In this document: piece after piece, positions 33,001 through 48,000 of the stretch
Layout: each line of letters begins with the position of its first letter
Numbering within the stretch: position 1 is the stretch's first letter
From: Nemertoderma westbladi
Lineage: Eukaryota > Animalia > Xenacoelomorpha
DNA: 64,000 bases
Direction of reading: 5' to 3'
NCBI GenBank assembly: GCA_032718475.1
Contig: JAUCBJ010002937.1
Coordinates: 119,883-183,882, forward strand
Made by a program: the position numbers and the translations under genes
Notes under the pieces: model-generated
What the model was told of the DNA's origin: nothing
Database searches by the model: none
What the model saw: the letters and a program-made list of their open reading frames with translations, nothing else

Positions 33001-36000
33001 ATATCGGTATTCAATACAATGACATGGGGACCCTTTCTGTGCATATCGGTATTCAATACAATGACATGGGGACCCTTTCTGTACATATCGGTATTCAATA
33101 CAATGACATGGGGACCCTTTCTGTCCCGAACATATCGGTATTTAATACAATGACATGGGGACCCTTTCTGTGCATATCGGTATTCAATACAATGACATGG
33201 GGACCCTTTCTGTCCCGAACATATCGGTATTTAATACAATGACATGGGGACCCTTTCTGTCCCGAACATATCGGTATTCAATACAATGACATGGGGACCC
33301 TTTCTGTCCCGAACATATCGGTATTTAATACAATGACATGGGGACCCTTTCTGTCGACATATCGGTATTTAATACAATGACATGGGGACCCTTTCTGTCC
33401 CGAACATATCGGTATTCAATACAATGACATGGGGACCCTTTCTGTCCCGAACATATCGGTATTTAATACAATGACATGGGGACCCTTTCTGTCCCGAACA
33501 TATCGGTATTTAATACAATGACATGGGGACCCTTTCTGTCCCGAACATATCGGTATTTAATACAATGACATGGGGACCCTTTCTGTCCCGAACATATCGG
33601 TATTTAATACAATGACATGGGGACCCTTTCTGTGACATATCGGTATTCAATACAATGACATGGGGACCCTTTCTGTCCCGAACATATCGGTATTTAATAC
33701 AATGACATGGGGACCCTTTCTGTGACATATCGGTATTCAATACAATGACATGGGGACCCTTTCTGTCCCGAACATATCGGTATTTAATACAATGACATGG
33801 GGACCCTTTCTGTACATATCGGTATTCAATACAATGACATGGGGACCCTTTCTGTCCCGAACATATCGGTATTCAATACAATGACATGGGGACCCTTTCT
33901 GTACATATCGGTATTCAATACAATGACATGGGGACCCTTTCTGTCCCGAACATATCGGTATTCAATACAATGACATGGGGACCCTTTCTGTGACATATCG
34001 GTATTTAATACAATGACATGGGGACCCTTTCTGTCCCGAACATATCGGTATTCAATACAATGACATGGGGACCCTTTCTGTCCCGAACATATCGGTATTC
34101 AATACAATGACATGGGGACCCTTTCTGTGACATATCGGTATTCAATACAATGACATGGGGACCCTTTCTGTGCATATCGGTATTCAATACAATGACATGG
34201 GGACCCTTTCTGTGACATATCGGTATTCAATACAATGACATGGGGACCCTTTCTGTCCCGAACATATCGGTATTTAATACAATGACATGGGGACCCTTTC
34301 TGTCCCGAACATATCGGTATTTAATACAATGACATGGGGACCCTTTCTGTCCCGAACATATCGGTATTCAATACAATGACATGGGGACCCTTTCTGTCCC
34401 GAACATATCGGTATTCAATACAATGACATGGGGACCCTTTCTGTCCCGAACATATCGGTATTTAATACAATGACATGGGGACCCTTTCTGTCCCGAACAT
34501 ATCGGTATTTAATACAATGACATGGGGACCCTTTCTGTCCCGAACATATCGGTATTCAATACAATGACATGGGGACCCTTTCTGTCCCGAACATATCGGT
34601 ATTCAATACAATGACATGGGGACCCTTTCTGTCCCGAACATATCGGTATTCAATACAATGACATGGGGACCCTTTCTGTCCCGAACATATCGGTATTTAA
34701 TACAATGACATGGGGACCCTTTCTGTCCCGAACATATCGGTATTTAATACAATGACATGGGGACCCTTTCTGTCCCGAACATATCGGTATTTAATACAAT
34801 GACATGGGGACCCTTTCTGTCCCGAACATATCGGTATTCAATACAATGACATGGGGACCCTTTCTGTCCCGAACATATCGGTATTCAATACAATGACATG
34901 GGGACCCTTTCTGTGACATATCGGTATTCAATACAATGACATGGGGACCCTTTCTGTCCCGAACATATCGGTATTCAATACAATGACATGGGGACCCTTT
35001 CTGTCCCGAACATATCGGTATTCAATACAATGACATGGGGACCCTTTCTGTCCCGACATATCGGTATTCAATACAATGACATGGGGACCCTTTCTGTCCC
35101 GAACATATCGGTATTCAATACAATGACATGGGGACCCTTTCTGTCCCGAACATATCGGTATTCAATACAATGACATGGGGACCCTTTCTGTCCCGAACAT
35201 ATCGGTATTTAATACAATGACATGGGGACCCTTTCTGTCCCGAACATATCGGTATTTAATACAATGACATGGGGACCCTTTCTGTCCCGAACATATCGGT
35301 ATTTAATACAATGACATGGGGACCCTTTCTGTCCCGAACATATCGGTATTCAATACAATGACATGGGGACCCTTTCTGTCCCGAACATATCGGTATTTAA
35401 TACAATGACATGGGGACCCTTTCTGTCCCGAACATATCGGTATTTAATACAATGACATGGGGACCCTTTCTGTCCCGAACATATCGGTATTCAATACAAT
35501 GACATGGGGACCCTTTCTGTCCCGAACATATCGGTATTCAATACAATGACATGGGGACCCTTTCTGTCCCGAACATATCGGTATTCAATACAATGACATG
35601 GGGACCCTTTCTGTCCCGAACATATCGGTATTTAATACAATGACATGGGGACCCTTTCTGTCCCGAACATATCGGTATTCAATACAATGACATGGGGACC
35701 CTTTCTGTCCCGAACATATCGGTATTCAATACAATGACATGGGGACCCTTTCTGTCCCGAACATATCGGTATTCAATACAATGACATGGGGACCCTTTCT
35801 GTCGACATATCGGTATTCAATACAATGACATGGGGACCCTTTCTGTCCCGAACATATCGGTATTCAATACAATGACATGGGGACCCTTTCTGTCCCGAAC
35901 ATATCGGTATTTAATACAATGACATGGGGACCCTTTCTGTCCCGAACATATCGGTATTTAATACAATGACATGGGGACCCTTTCTGTCCCGAACATATCG

Positions 36001-39000
36001 GTATTTAATACAATGACATGGGGACCCTTTCTGTCCCGAACATATCGGTATTCAATACAATGACATGGGGACCCTTTCTGTCCCGAACATATCGGTATTT
36101 AATACAATGACATGGGGACCCTTTCTGTCCCGAACATATCGGTATTTAATACAATGACATGGGGACCCTTTCTGTCCCGAACATATCGGTATTCAATACA
36201 ATGACATGGGGACCCTTTCTGTCCCGAACATATCGGTATTTAATACAATGACATGGGGACCCTTTCTGTCCCGAACATATCGGTATTTAATACAATGACA
36301 TGGGGACCCTTTCTGTCCCGAACATATCGGTATTTAATACAATGACATGGGGACCCTTTCTGTCCCGAACATATCGGTATTCAATACAATGACATGGGGA
36401 CCCTTTCTGTCCCGAACATATCGGTATTTAATACAATGACATGGGGACCCTTTCTGTCCCGAACATATCGGTATTTAATACAATGACATGGGGACCCTTT
36501 CTGTCGACATATCGGTATTCAATACAATGACATGGGGACCCTTTCTGTCGACATATCGGTATTCAATACAATGACATGGGGACCCTTTCTGTCCCGAACA
36601 TATCGGTATTTAATACAATGACATGGGGACCCTTTCTGTCCCGAACATATCGGTATTTAATACAATGACATGGGGACCCTTTCTGTGACATATCGGTATT
36701 CAATACAATGACATGGGGACCCTTTCTGTCGACATATCGGTATTTAATACAATGACATGGGGACCCTTTCTGTCCCGAACATATCGGTATTTAATACAAT
36801 GACATGGGGACCCTTTCTGTCCCGAACATATCGGTATTTAATACAATGACATGGGGACCCTTTCTGTGACATATCGGTATTCAATACAATGACATGGGGA
36901 CCCTTTCTGTCCCGAACATATCGGTATTTAATACAATGACATGGGGACCCTTTCTGTCCCGAACATATCGGTATTCAATACAATGACATGGGGACCCTTT
37001 CTGTCCCGAACATATCGGTATTTAATACAATGACATGGGGACCCTTTCTGTCCCGAACATATCGGTATTTAATACAATGACATGGGGACCCTTTCTGTCC
37101 CGAACATATCGGTATTTAATACAATGACATGGGGACCCTTTCTGTCGCATATCGGTATTCAATACAATGACATGGGGACCCTTTCTGTCCCGAACATATC
37201 GGTATTCAATACAATGACATGGGGACCCTTTCTGTGCATATCGGTATTCAATACAATGACATGGGGACCCTTTCTGTCCCGAACATATCGGTATTTAATA
37301 CAATGACATGGGGACCCTTTCTGTCCCGAACATATCGGTATTTAATACAATGACATGGGGACCCTTTCTGTCCCGAACATATCGGTATTTAATACAATGA
37401 CATGGGGACCCTTTCTGTGACATATCGGTATTCAATACAATGACATGGGGACCCTTTCTGTCCCGAACATATCGGTATTTAATACAATGACATGGGGACC
37501 CTTTCTGTCCCGAACATATCGGTATTCAATACAATGACATGGGGACCCTTTCTGTCCCGAACATATCGGTATTTAATACAATGACATGGGGACCCTTTCT
37601 GTCCCGAACATATCGGTATTTAATACAATGACATGGGGACCCTTTCTGTCCCGAACATATCGGTATTCAATACAATGACATGGGGACCCTTTCTGTCCCG
37701 AACATATCGGTATTCAATACAATGACATGGGGACCCTTTCTGTCCCGAACATATCGGTATTCAATACAATGACATGGGGACCCTTTCTGTCCCGAACATA
37801 TCGGTATTTAATACAATGACATGGGGACCCTTTCTGTCCCGAACATATCGGTATTTAATACAATGACATGGGGACCCTTTCTGTCCCGAACATATCGGTA
37901 TTCAATACAATGACATGGGGACCCTTTCTGTCCCGAACATATCGGTATTTAATACAATGACATGGGGACCCTTTCTGTCCCGAACATATCGGTATTCAAT
38001 ACAATGACATGGGGACCCTTTCTGTCCCGAACATATCGGTATTCAATACAATGACATGGGGACCCTTTCTGTCCCGAACATATCGGTATTCAATACAATG
38101 ACATGGGGACCCTTTCTGTGCATATCGGTATTCAATACAATGACATGGGGACCCTTTCTGTCCCAAACATATCGGTATTTAATACAATGACATGGGGACC
38201 CTTTCTGTCCCGAACATATCGGTATTTAATACAATGACATGGGGACCCTTTCTGTCCCGAACATATCGGTATTCAATACAATGACATGGGGACCCTTTCT
38301 GTCCCGAACATATCGGTATTCAATACAATGACATGGGGACCCTTTCTGTCCCGAACATATCGGTATTTAATACAATGACATGGGGACCCTTTCTGTCCCG
38401 AACATATCGGTATTCAATACAATGACATGGGGACCCTTTCTGTCCGACATATCGGTATTCAATACAATGACATGGGGACCCTTTCTGTCCCGAACATATC
38501 GGTATTTAATACAATGACATGGGGACCCTTTCTGTCCCGAACATATCGGTATTTAATACAATGACATGGGGACCCTTTCTGTCCCGAACATATCGGTATT
38601 CAATACAATGACATGGGGACCCTTTCTGTGCATATCGGTATTCAATACAATGACATGGGGACCCTTTCTGTCCCGAACATATCGGTATTCAATACAATGA
38701 CATGGGGACCCTTTCTGTCCCGAACATATCGGTATTTAATACAATGACATGGGGACCCTTTCTGTCCCGAACATATCGGTATTTAATACAATGACATGGG
38801 GACCCTTTCTGTACATATCGGTATTCAATACAATGACATGGGGACCCTTTCTGTCCCGAACATATCGGTATTCAATACAATGACATGGGGACCCTTTCTG
38901 TCCCGAACATATCGGTATTCAATACAATGACATGGGGACCCTTTCTGTCCCGAACATATCGGTATTTAATACAATGACATGGGGACCCTTTCTGTCCCGA

Positions 39001-42000
39001 ACATATCGGTATTCAATACAATGACATGGGGACCCTTTCTGTCCCGAACATATCGGTATTCAATACAATGACATGGGGACCCTTTCTGTCCCGAACATAT
39101 CGGTATTTAATACAATGACATGGGGACCCTTTCTGTCCCGAACATATCGGTATTCAATACAATGACATGGGGACCCTTTCTGTGCATATCGGTATTCAAT
39201 ACAATGACATGGGGACCCTTTCTGTCCCGAACATATCGGTATTTAATACAATGACATGGGGACCCTTTCTGTCCCGAACATATCGGTATTTAATACAATG
39301 ACATGGGGACCCTTTCTGTGCATATCGGTATTCAATACAATGACATGGGGACCCTTTCTGTCCCGAACATATCGGTATTTAATACAATGACATGGGGACC
39401 CTTTCTGTACATATCGGTATTCAATACAATGACATGGGGACCCTTTCTGTCCCGAACATATCGGTATTCAATACAATGACATGGGGACCCTTTCTGTGCA
39501 TATCGGTATTCAATACAATGACATGGGGACCCTTTCTGTCCCGAACATATCGGTATTTAATACAATGACATGGGGACCCTTTCTGTCCCGAACATATCGG
39601 TATTTAATACAATGACATGGGGACCCTTTCTGTCCCGAACATATCGGTATTTAATACAATGACATGGGGACCCTTTCTGTCCCGAACATATCGGTATTTA
39701 ATACAATGACATGGGGACCCTTTCTGTGCATATCGGTATTCAATACAATGACATGGGGACCCTTTCTGTCCCGAACATATCGGTATTCAATACAATGACA
39801 TGGGGACCCTTTCTGTCCCAAACATATCGGTATTCAATACAATGACATGGGGACCCTTTCTGTCCCGAACATATCGGTATTTAATACAATGACATGGGGA
39901 CCCTTTCTGTGCATATCGGTATTCAATACAATGACATGGGGACCCTTTCTGTGCATATCGGTATTCAATACAATGACATGGGGACCCTTTCTGTGCATAT
40001 CGGTATTCAATACAATGACATGGGGACCCTTTCTGTCCCAAACATATCGGTATTCAATACAATGACATGGGGACCCTTTCTGTGCATATCGGTATTCAAT
40101 ACAATGACATGGGGACCCTTTCTGTCCCAAACATATCGGTATTCAATACAATGACATGGGGACCCTTTCTGTGCATATCGGTATTTAATACAATGACATG
40201 GGGACCCTTTCTGTCCCAAACATATCGGTATTTAATACAATGACATGGGGACCCTTTCTGTCCCGAACATATCGGTATTTAATACAATGACATGGGGACC
40301 CTTTCTGTCCCGAACATATCGGTATTTAATACAATGACATGGGGACCCTTTCTGTGCATATCGGTATTCAATACAATGACATGGGGACCCTTTCTGTCCC
40401 AAACATATCGGTATTCAATACAATGACATGGGGACCCTTTCTGTCCCAAACATATCGGTATTCAATACAATGACATGGGGACCCTTTCTGTCCCGAACAT
40501 ATCGGTATTTAATACAATGACATGGGGACCCTTTCTGTGCATATCGGTATTCAATACAATGACATGGGGACCCTTTCTGTGCATATCGGTATTCAATACA
40601 ATGACATGGGGACCCTTTCTGTGCATATCGGTATTCAATACAATGACATGGGGACCCTTTCTGTCCCAAACATATCGGTATTCAATACAATGACATGGGG
40701 ACCCTTTCTGTGCATATCGGTATTCAATACAATGACATGGGGACCCTTTCTGTCCCAAACATATCGGTATTCAATACAATGACATGGGGACCCTTTCTGT
40801 CCCAAACATATCGGTATTCAATACAATGACATGGGGACCCTTTCTGTGCATATCGGTATTCAATACAATGACATGGGGACCCTTTCTGTGCATATCGGTA
40901 TTCAATACAATGACATGGGGACCCTTTCTGTCCCAAACATATCGGTATTCAATACAATGACATGGGGACCCTTTCTGTGCATATCGGTATTCAATACAAT
41001 GACATGGGGACCCTTTCTGTGCATATCGGTATTCAATACAATGACATGGGGACCCTTTCTGTCCCGAACATATCGGTATTTAATACAATGACATGGGGAC
41101 CCTTTCTGTCCCGAACATATCGGTATTTAATACAATGACATGGGGACCCTTTCTGTCCCGAACATATCGGTATTTAATACAATGACATGGGGACCCTTTC
41201 TGTACATATCGGTATTCAATACAATGACATGGGGACCCTTTCTGTCCCGAACATATCGGTATTTAATACAATGACATGGGGACCCTTTCTGTGCATATCG
41301 GTATTCAATACAATGACATGGGGACCCTTTCTGTCCCGAACATATCGGTATTCAATACAATGACATGGGGACCCTTTCTGTCCCGAACATATCGGTATTT
41401 AATACAATGACATGGGGACCCTTTCTGTCCCGAACATATCGGTATTTAATACAATGACATGGGGACCCTTTCTGTGCATATCGGTATTCAATACAATGAC
41501 ATGGGGACCCTTTCTGTCCCGAACATATCGGTATTCAATACAATGACATGGAGACCCTTTCTGTGCATATCGGTATTCAATACAATGACATGGGGACCCT
41601 TTCTGTCCCGAACATATCGGTATTCAATACAATGACATGGGGACCCTTTCTGTCCCGAACATATCGGTATTTAATACAATGACATGGGGACCCTTTCTGT
41701 CCCGAACATATCGGTATTTAATACAATGACATGGGGACCCTTTCTGTCCCGAACATATCGGTATTTAATACAATGACATGGGGACCCTTTCTGTCCCGAA
41801 CATATCGGTATTTAATACAATGACATGGGGACCCTTTCTGTCCCGAACATATCGGTATTTAATACAATGACATGGGGACCCTTTCTGTCCCGAACATATC
41901 GGTATTTAATACAATGACATGGGGACCCTTTCTGTCCCGAACATATCGGTATTTAATACAATGACATGGGGACCCTTTCTGTGCATATCGGTATTCAATA

Positions 42001-45000
42001 CAATGACATGGGGACCCTTTCTGTCCCGAACATATCGGTATTCAATACAATGACATGGGGACCCTTTCTGTGCATATCGGTATTCAATACAATGACATGG
42101 GGACCCTTTCTGTCCCGAACATATCGGTATTCAATACAATGACATGGGGACCCTTTCTGTCCCGAACATATCGGTATTTAATACAATGACATGGGGACCC
42201 TTTCTGTCCCGAACATATCGGTATTTAATACAATGACATGGGGACCCTTTCTGTGCATATCGGTATTCAATACAATGACATGGGGACCCTTTCTGTACAT
42301 ATCGGTATTCAATACAATGACATGGGGACCCTTTCTGTCCCGAACATATCGGTATTCAATACAATGACATGGGGACCCTTTCTGTCCCGAACATATCGGT
42401 ATTTAATACAATGACATGGGGACCCTTTCTGTCCCGAACATATCGGTATTTAATACAATGACATGGGGACCCTTTCTGTCCCGAACATATCGGTATTCAA
42501 TACAATGACATGGGGACCCTTTCTGTCCCAAACATATCGGTATTCAATACAATGACATGGGGACCCTTTCTGTCCCGAACATATCGGTATTCAATACAAT
42601 GACATGGGGACCCTTTCTGTGCATATCGGTATTCAATACAATGACATGGGGACCCTTTCTGTCCCGAACATATCGGTATTCAATACAATGACATGGGGAC
42701 CCTTTCTGTCCCAAACATATCGGTATTCAATACAATGACATGGGGACCCTTTCTGTCCCGAACATATCGGTATTCAATACAATGACATGGGGACCCTTTC
42801 TGTGCATATCGGTATTCAATACAATGACATGGGGACCCTTTCTGTCCCAAACATATCGGTATTTAATACAATGACATGGGGACCCTTTCTGTCACATATC
42901 GGTATTCAATACAATGACATGGGGACCCTTTCTGTCCCGAACATATCGGTATTCAATACAATGACATGGGGACCCTTTCTGTGCATATCGGTATTCAATA
43001 CAATGACATGGGGACCCTTTCTGTCCCAAACATATCGGTATTTAATACAATGACATGGGGACCCTTTCTGTCCCGAACATATCGGTATTTAATACAATGA
43101 CATGGGGACCCTTTCTGTCCCGAACATATCGGTATTTAATACAATGACATGGGGACCCTTTCTGTACATATCGGTATTCAATACAATGACATGGGGACCC
43201 TTTCTGTCCCGAACATATCGGTATTTAATACAATGACATGGGGACCCTTTCTGTGCATATCGGTATTCAATACAATGACATGGGGACCCTTTCTGTCCCG
43301 AACATATCGGTATTCAATACAATGACATGGGGACCCTTTCTGTCCCGAACATATCGGTATTTAATACAATGACATGGGGACCCTTTCTGTCCCGAACATA
43401 TCGGTATTTAATACAATGACATGGGGACCCTTTCTGTGCATATCGGTATTCAATACAATGACATGGGGACCCTTTCTGTGCATATCGGTATTCAATACAA
43501 TGACATGGGGACCCTTTCTGTGCATATCGGTATTCAATACAATGACATGGGGACCCTTTCTGTCCCAAACATATCGGTATTTAATACAATGACATGGGGA
43601 CCCTTTCTGTCCCGAACATATCGGTATTTAATACAATGACATGGGGACCCTTTCTGTCCCGAACATATCGGTATTTAATACAATGACATGGGGACCCTTT
43701 CTGTACATATCGGTATTCAATACAATGACATGGGGACCCTTTCTGTCCCGAACATATCGGTATTTAATACAATGACATGGGGACCCTTTCTGTCCCGAAC
43801 ATATCGGTATTCAATACAATGACATGGGGACCCTTTCTGTCCCGAACATATCGGTATTTAATACAATGACATGGGGACCCTTTCTGTCCCGAACATATCG
43901 GTATTTAATACAATGACATGGGGACCCTTTCTGTCCCAACATATCGGTATTTAATACAATGACATGGGGACCCTTTCTGTCCCGAACATATCGGTATTTA
44001 ATACAATGACATGGGGACCCTTTCTGTCCCGAACATATCGGTATTTAATACAATGACATGGGGACCCTTTCTGTCCCGAACATATCGGTATTTAATACAA
44101 TGACATGGGGACCCTTTCTGTCCCGAACATATCGGTATTCAATACAATGACATGGGGACCCTTTCTGTCCCGAACATATCGGTATTTAATACAATGACAT
44201 GGGGACCCTTTCTGTCCCGAACATATCGGTATTTAATACAATGACATGGGGACCCTTTCTGTCCCAAACATATCGGTATTTAATACAATGACATGGGGAC
44301 CCTTTCTGTCCCGAACATATCGGTATTTAATACAATGACATGGGGACCCTTTCTGTCCCAAACATATCGGTATTTAATACAATGACATGGGGACCCTTTC
44401 TGTCCCGAACATATCGGTATTTAATACAATGACATGGGGACCCTTTCTGTGACATATCGGTATTCAATACAATGACATGGGGACCCTTTCTGTCCCGAAC
44501 ATATCGGTATTTAATACAATGACATGGGGACCCTTTCTGTCCCGAACATATCGGTATTCAATACAATGACATGGGGACCCTTTCTGTCCCGAACATATCG
44601 GTATTTAATACAATGACATGGGGACCCTTTCTGTCCCGAACATATCGGTATTTAATACAATGACATGGGGACCCTTTCTGTCCCGAACATATCGGTATTC
44701 AATACAATGACATGGGGACCCTTTCTGTCCCAAACATATCGGTATTCAATACAATGACATGGGGACCCTTTCTGTCCCGAACATATCGGTATTCAATACA
44801 ATGACATGGGGACCCTTTCTGTGCATATCGGTATTCAATACAATGACATGGGGACCCTTTCTGTCCCGAACATATCGGTATTCAATACAATGACATGGGG
44901 ACCCTTTCTGTCCCAAACATATCGGTATTCAATACAATGACATGGGGACCCTTTCTGTCCCGAACATATCGGTATTCAATACAATGACATGGGGACCCTT

Positions 45001-48000
45001 TCTGTGCATATCGGTATTCAATACAATGACATGGGGACCCTTTCTGTCCCAAACATATCGGTATTTAATACAATGACATGGGGACCCTTTCTGTCCCGAA
45101 CATATCGGTATTTAATACAATGACATGGGGACCCTTTCTGTCCCAAACATATCGGTATTTAATACAATGACATGGGGACCCTTTCTGTCCCGAACATATC
45201 GGTATTCAATACAATGACATGGGGACCCTTTCTGTGCATATCGGTATTCAATACAATGACATGGGGACCCTTTCTGTCCCAAACATATCGGTATTTAATA
45301 CAATGACATGGGGACCCTTTCTGTCCCGAACATATCGGTATTTAATACAATGACATGGGGACCCTTTCTGTCCCGAACATATCGGTATTTAATACAATGA
45401 CATGGGGACCCTTTCTGTACATATCGGTATTCAATACAATGACATGGGGACCCTTTCTGTCCCAAACATATCGGTATTCAATACAATGACATGGGGACCC
45501 TTTCTGTCCCAAACATATCGGTATTCAATACAATGACATGGGGACCCTTTCTGTCCCAAACATATCGGTATTTAATACAATGACATGGGGACCCTTTCTG
45601 TCCCAAACATATCGGTATTCAATACAATGACATGGGGACCCTTTCTGTCCCAAACATATCGGTATTCAATACAATGACATGGGGACCCTTTCTGTGCATA
45701 TCGGTATTCAATACAATGACATGGGGACCCTTTCTGTCCCAAACATATCGGTATTCAATACAATGACATGGGGACCCTTTCTGTCCCGAACATATCGGTA
45801 TTTAATACAATGACATGGGGACCCTTTCTGTCCCGAACATATCGGTATTCAATACAATGACATGGGGACCCTTTCTGTCCCGAACATATCGGTATTTAAT
45901 ACAATGACATGGGGACCCTTTCTGTCCCGAACATATCGGTATTTAATACAATGACATGGGGACCCTTTCTGTACATATCGGTATTCAATACAATGACATG
46001 GGGACCCTTTCTGTCCCGAACATATCGGTATTTAATACAATGACATGGGGACCCTTTCTGTACATATCGGTATTCAATACAATGACATGGGGACCCTTTC
46101 TGTCCCGAACATATCGGTATTTAATACAATGACATGGGGACCCTTTCTGTCCCGAACATATCGGTATTCAATACAATGACATGGGGACCCTTTCTGTCCC
46201 GAACATATCGGTATTTAATACAATGACATGGGGACCCTTTCTGTACATATCGGTATTCAATACAATGACATGGGGACCCTTTCTGTCCCGAACATATCGG
46301 TATTTAATACAATGACATGGGGACCCTTTCTGTCCCGAACATATCGGTATTCAATACAATGACATGGGGACCCTTTCTGTCCCAAACATATCGGTATTCA
46401 ATACAATGACATGGGGACCCTTTCTGTACATATCGGTATTCAATACAATGACATGGGGACCCTTTCTGTCCCGAACATATCGGTATTTAATACAATGACA
46501 TGGGGACCCTTTCTGTACATATCGGTATTCAATACAATGACATGGGGACCCTTTCTGTCCCGAACATATCGGTATTTAATACAATGACATGGGGACCCTT
46601 TCTGTCCCGAACATATCGGTATTTAATACAATGACATGGGGACCCTTTCTGTCCCGAACATATCGGTATTTAATACAATGACATGGGGACCCTTTCTGTC
46701 CCGAACATATCGGTATTTAATACAATGACATGGGGACCCTTTCTGTCCCGAACATATCGGTATTTAATACAATGACATGGGGACCCTTTCTGTCCCGAAC
46801 ATATCGGTATTTAATACAATGACATGGGGACCCTTTCTGTACATATCGGTATTCAATACAATGACATGGGGACCCTTTCTGTCCCGAACATATCGGTATT
46901 CAATACAATGACATGGGGACCCTTTCTGTGCATATCGGTATTCAATACAATGACATGGGGACCCTTTCTGTCCCAAACATATCGATATTCAATACAATGA
47001 CATGGGGACCCTTTCTGTCCCAAACATATCGGTATTCAATACAATGACATGGGGACCCTTTCTGTGCATATCGGTATTCAATACAATGACATGGGGACCC
47101 TTTCTGTCCCAAACATATCGATATTCAATACAATGACATGGGGACCCTTTCTGTCCCAAACATATCGGTATTCAATACAATGACATGGGGACCCTTTCTG
47201 TCCCAAACATATCGATATTCAATACAATGACATGGGGACCCTTTCTGTCCCGAACATATCGGTATTTAATACAATGACATGGGGACCCTTTCTGTGCATA
47301 TCGGTATTCAATACAATGACATGGGGACCCTTTCTGTCCCAAACATATCGATATTCAATACAATGACATGGGGACCCTTTCTGTCCCAAACATATCGGTA
47401 TTCAATACAATGACATGGGGACCCTTTCTGTCCCGAACATATCGGTATTCAATACAATGACATGGGGACCCTTTCTGTCCCAAACATATCGATATTCAAT
47501 ACAATGACATGGGGACCCTTTCTGTCCCAAACATATCGGTATTCAATACAATGACATGGGGACCCTTTCTGTCCCAAACATATCGGTATTCAATACAATG
47601 ACATGGGGACCCTTTCTGTCCCGAACATATCGGTATTCAATACAATGACATGGGGACCCTTTCTGTCCCGAACATATCGGTATTCAATACAATGACATGG
47701 GGACCCTTTCTGTGCATATCGGTATTCAATACAATGACATGGGGACCCTTTCTGTCCCAAACATATCGGTATTCAATACAATGACATGGGGACCCTTTCT
47801 GTCCCGAACATATCGGTATTCAATACAATGACATGGGGACCCTTTCTGTGCATATCGGTAATCAATACAATGACATGGGGACCCTTTCTGTCCCGAACAT
47901 ATCGGTATTCAATACAATGACATGGGGACCCTTTCTGTCCCGAACATATCGGTATTCAATACAATGACATGGGGACCCTTTCTGTCCCGAACATATCGGT

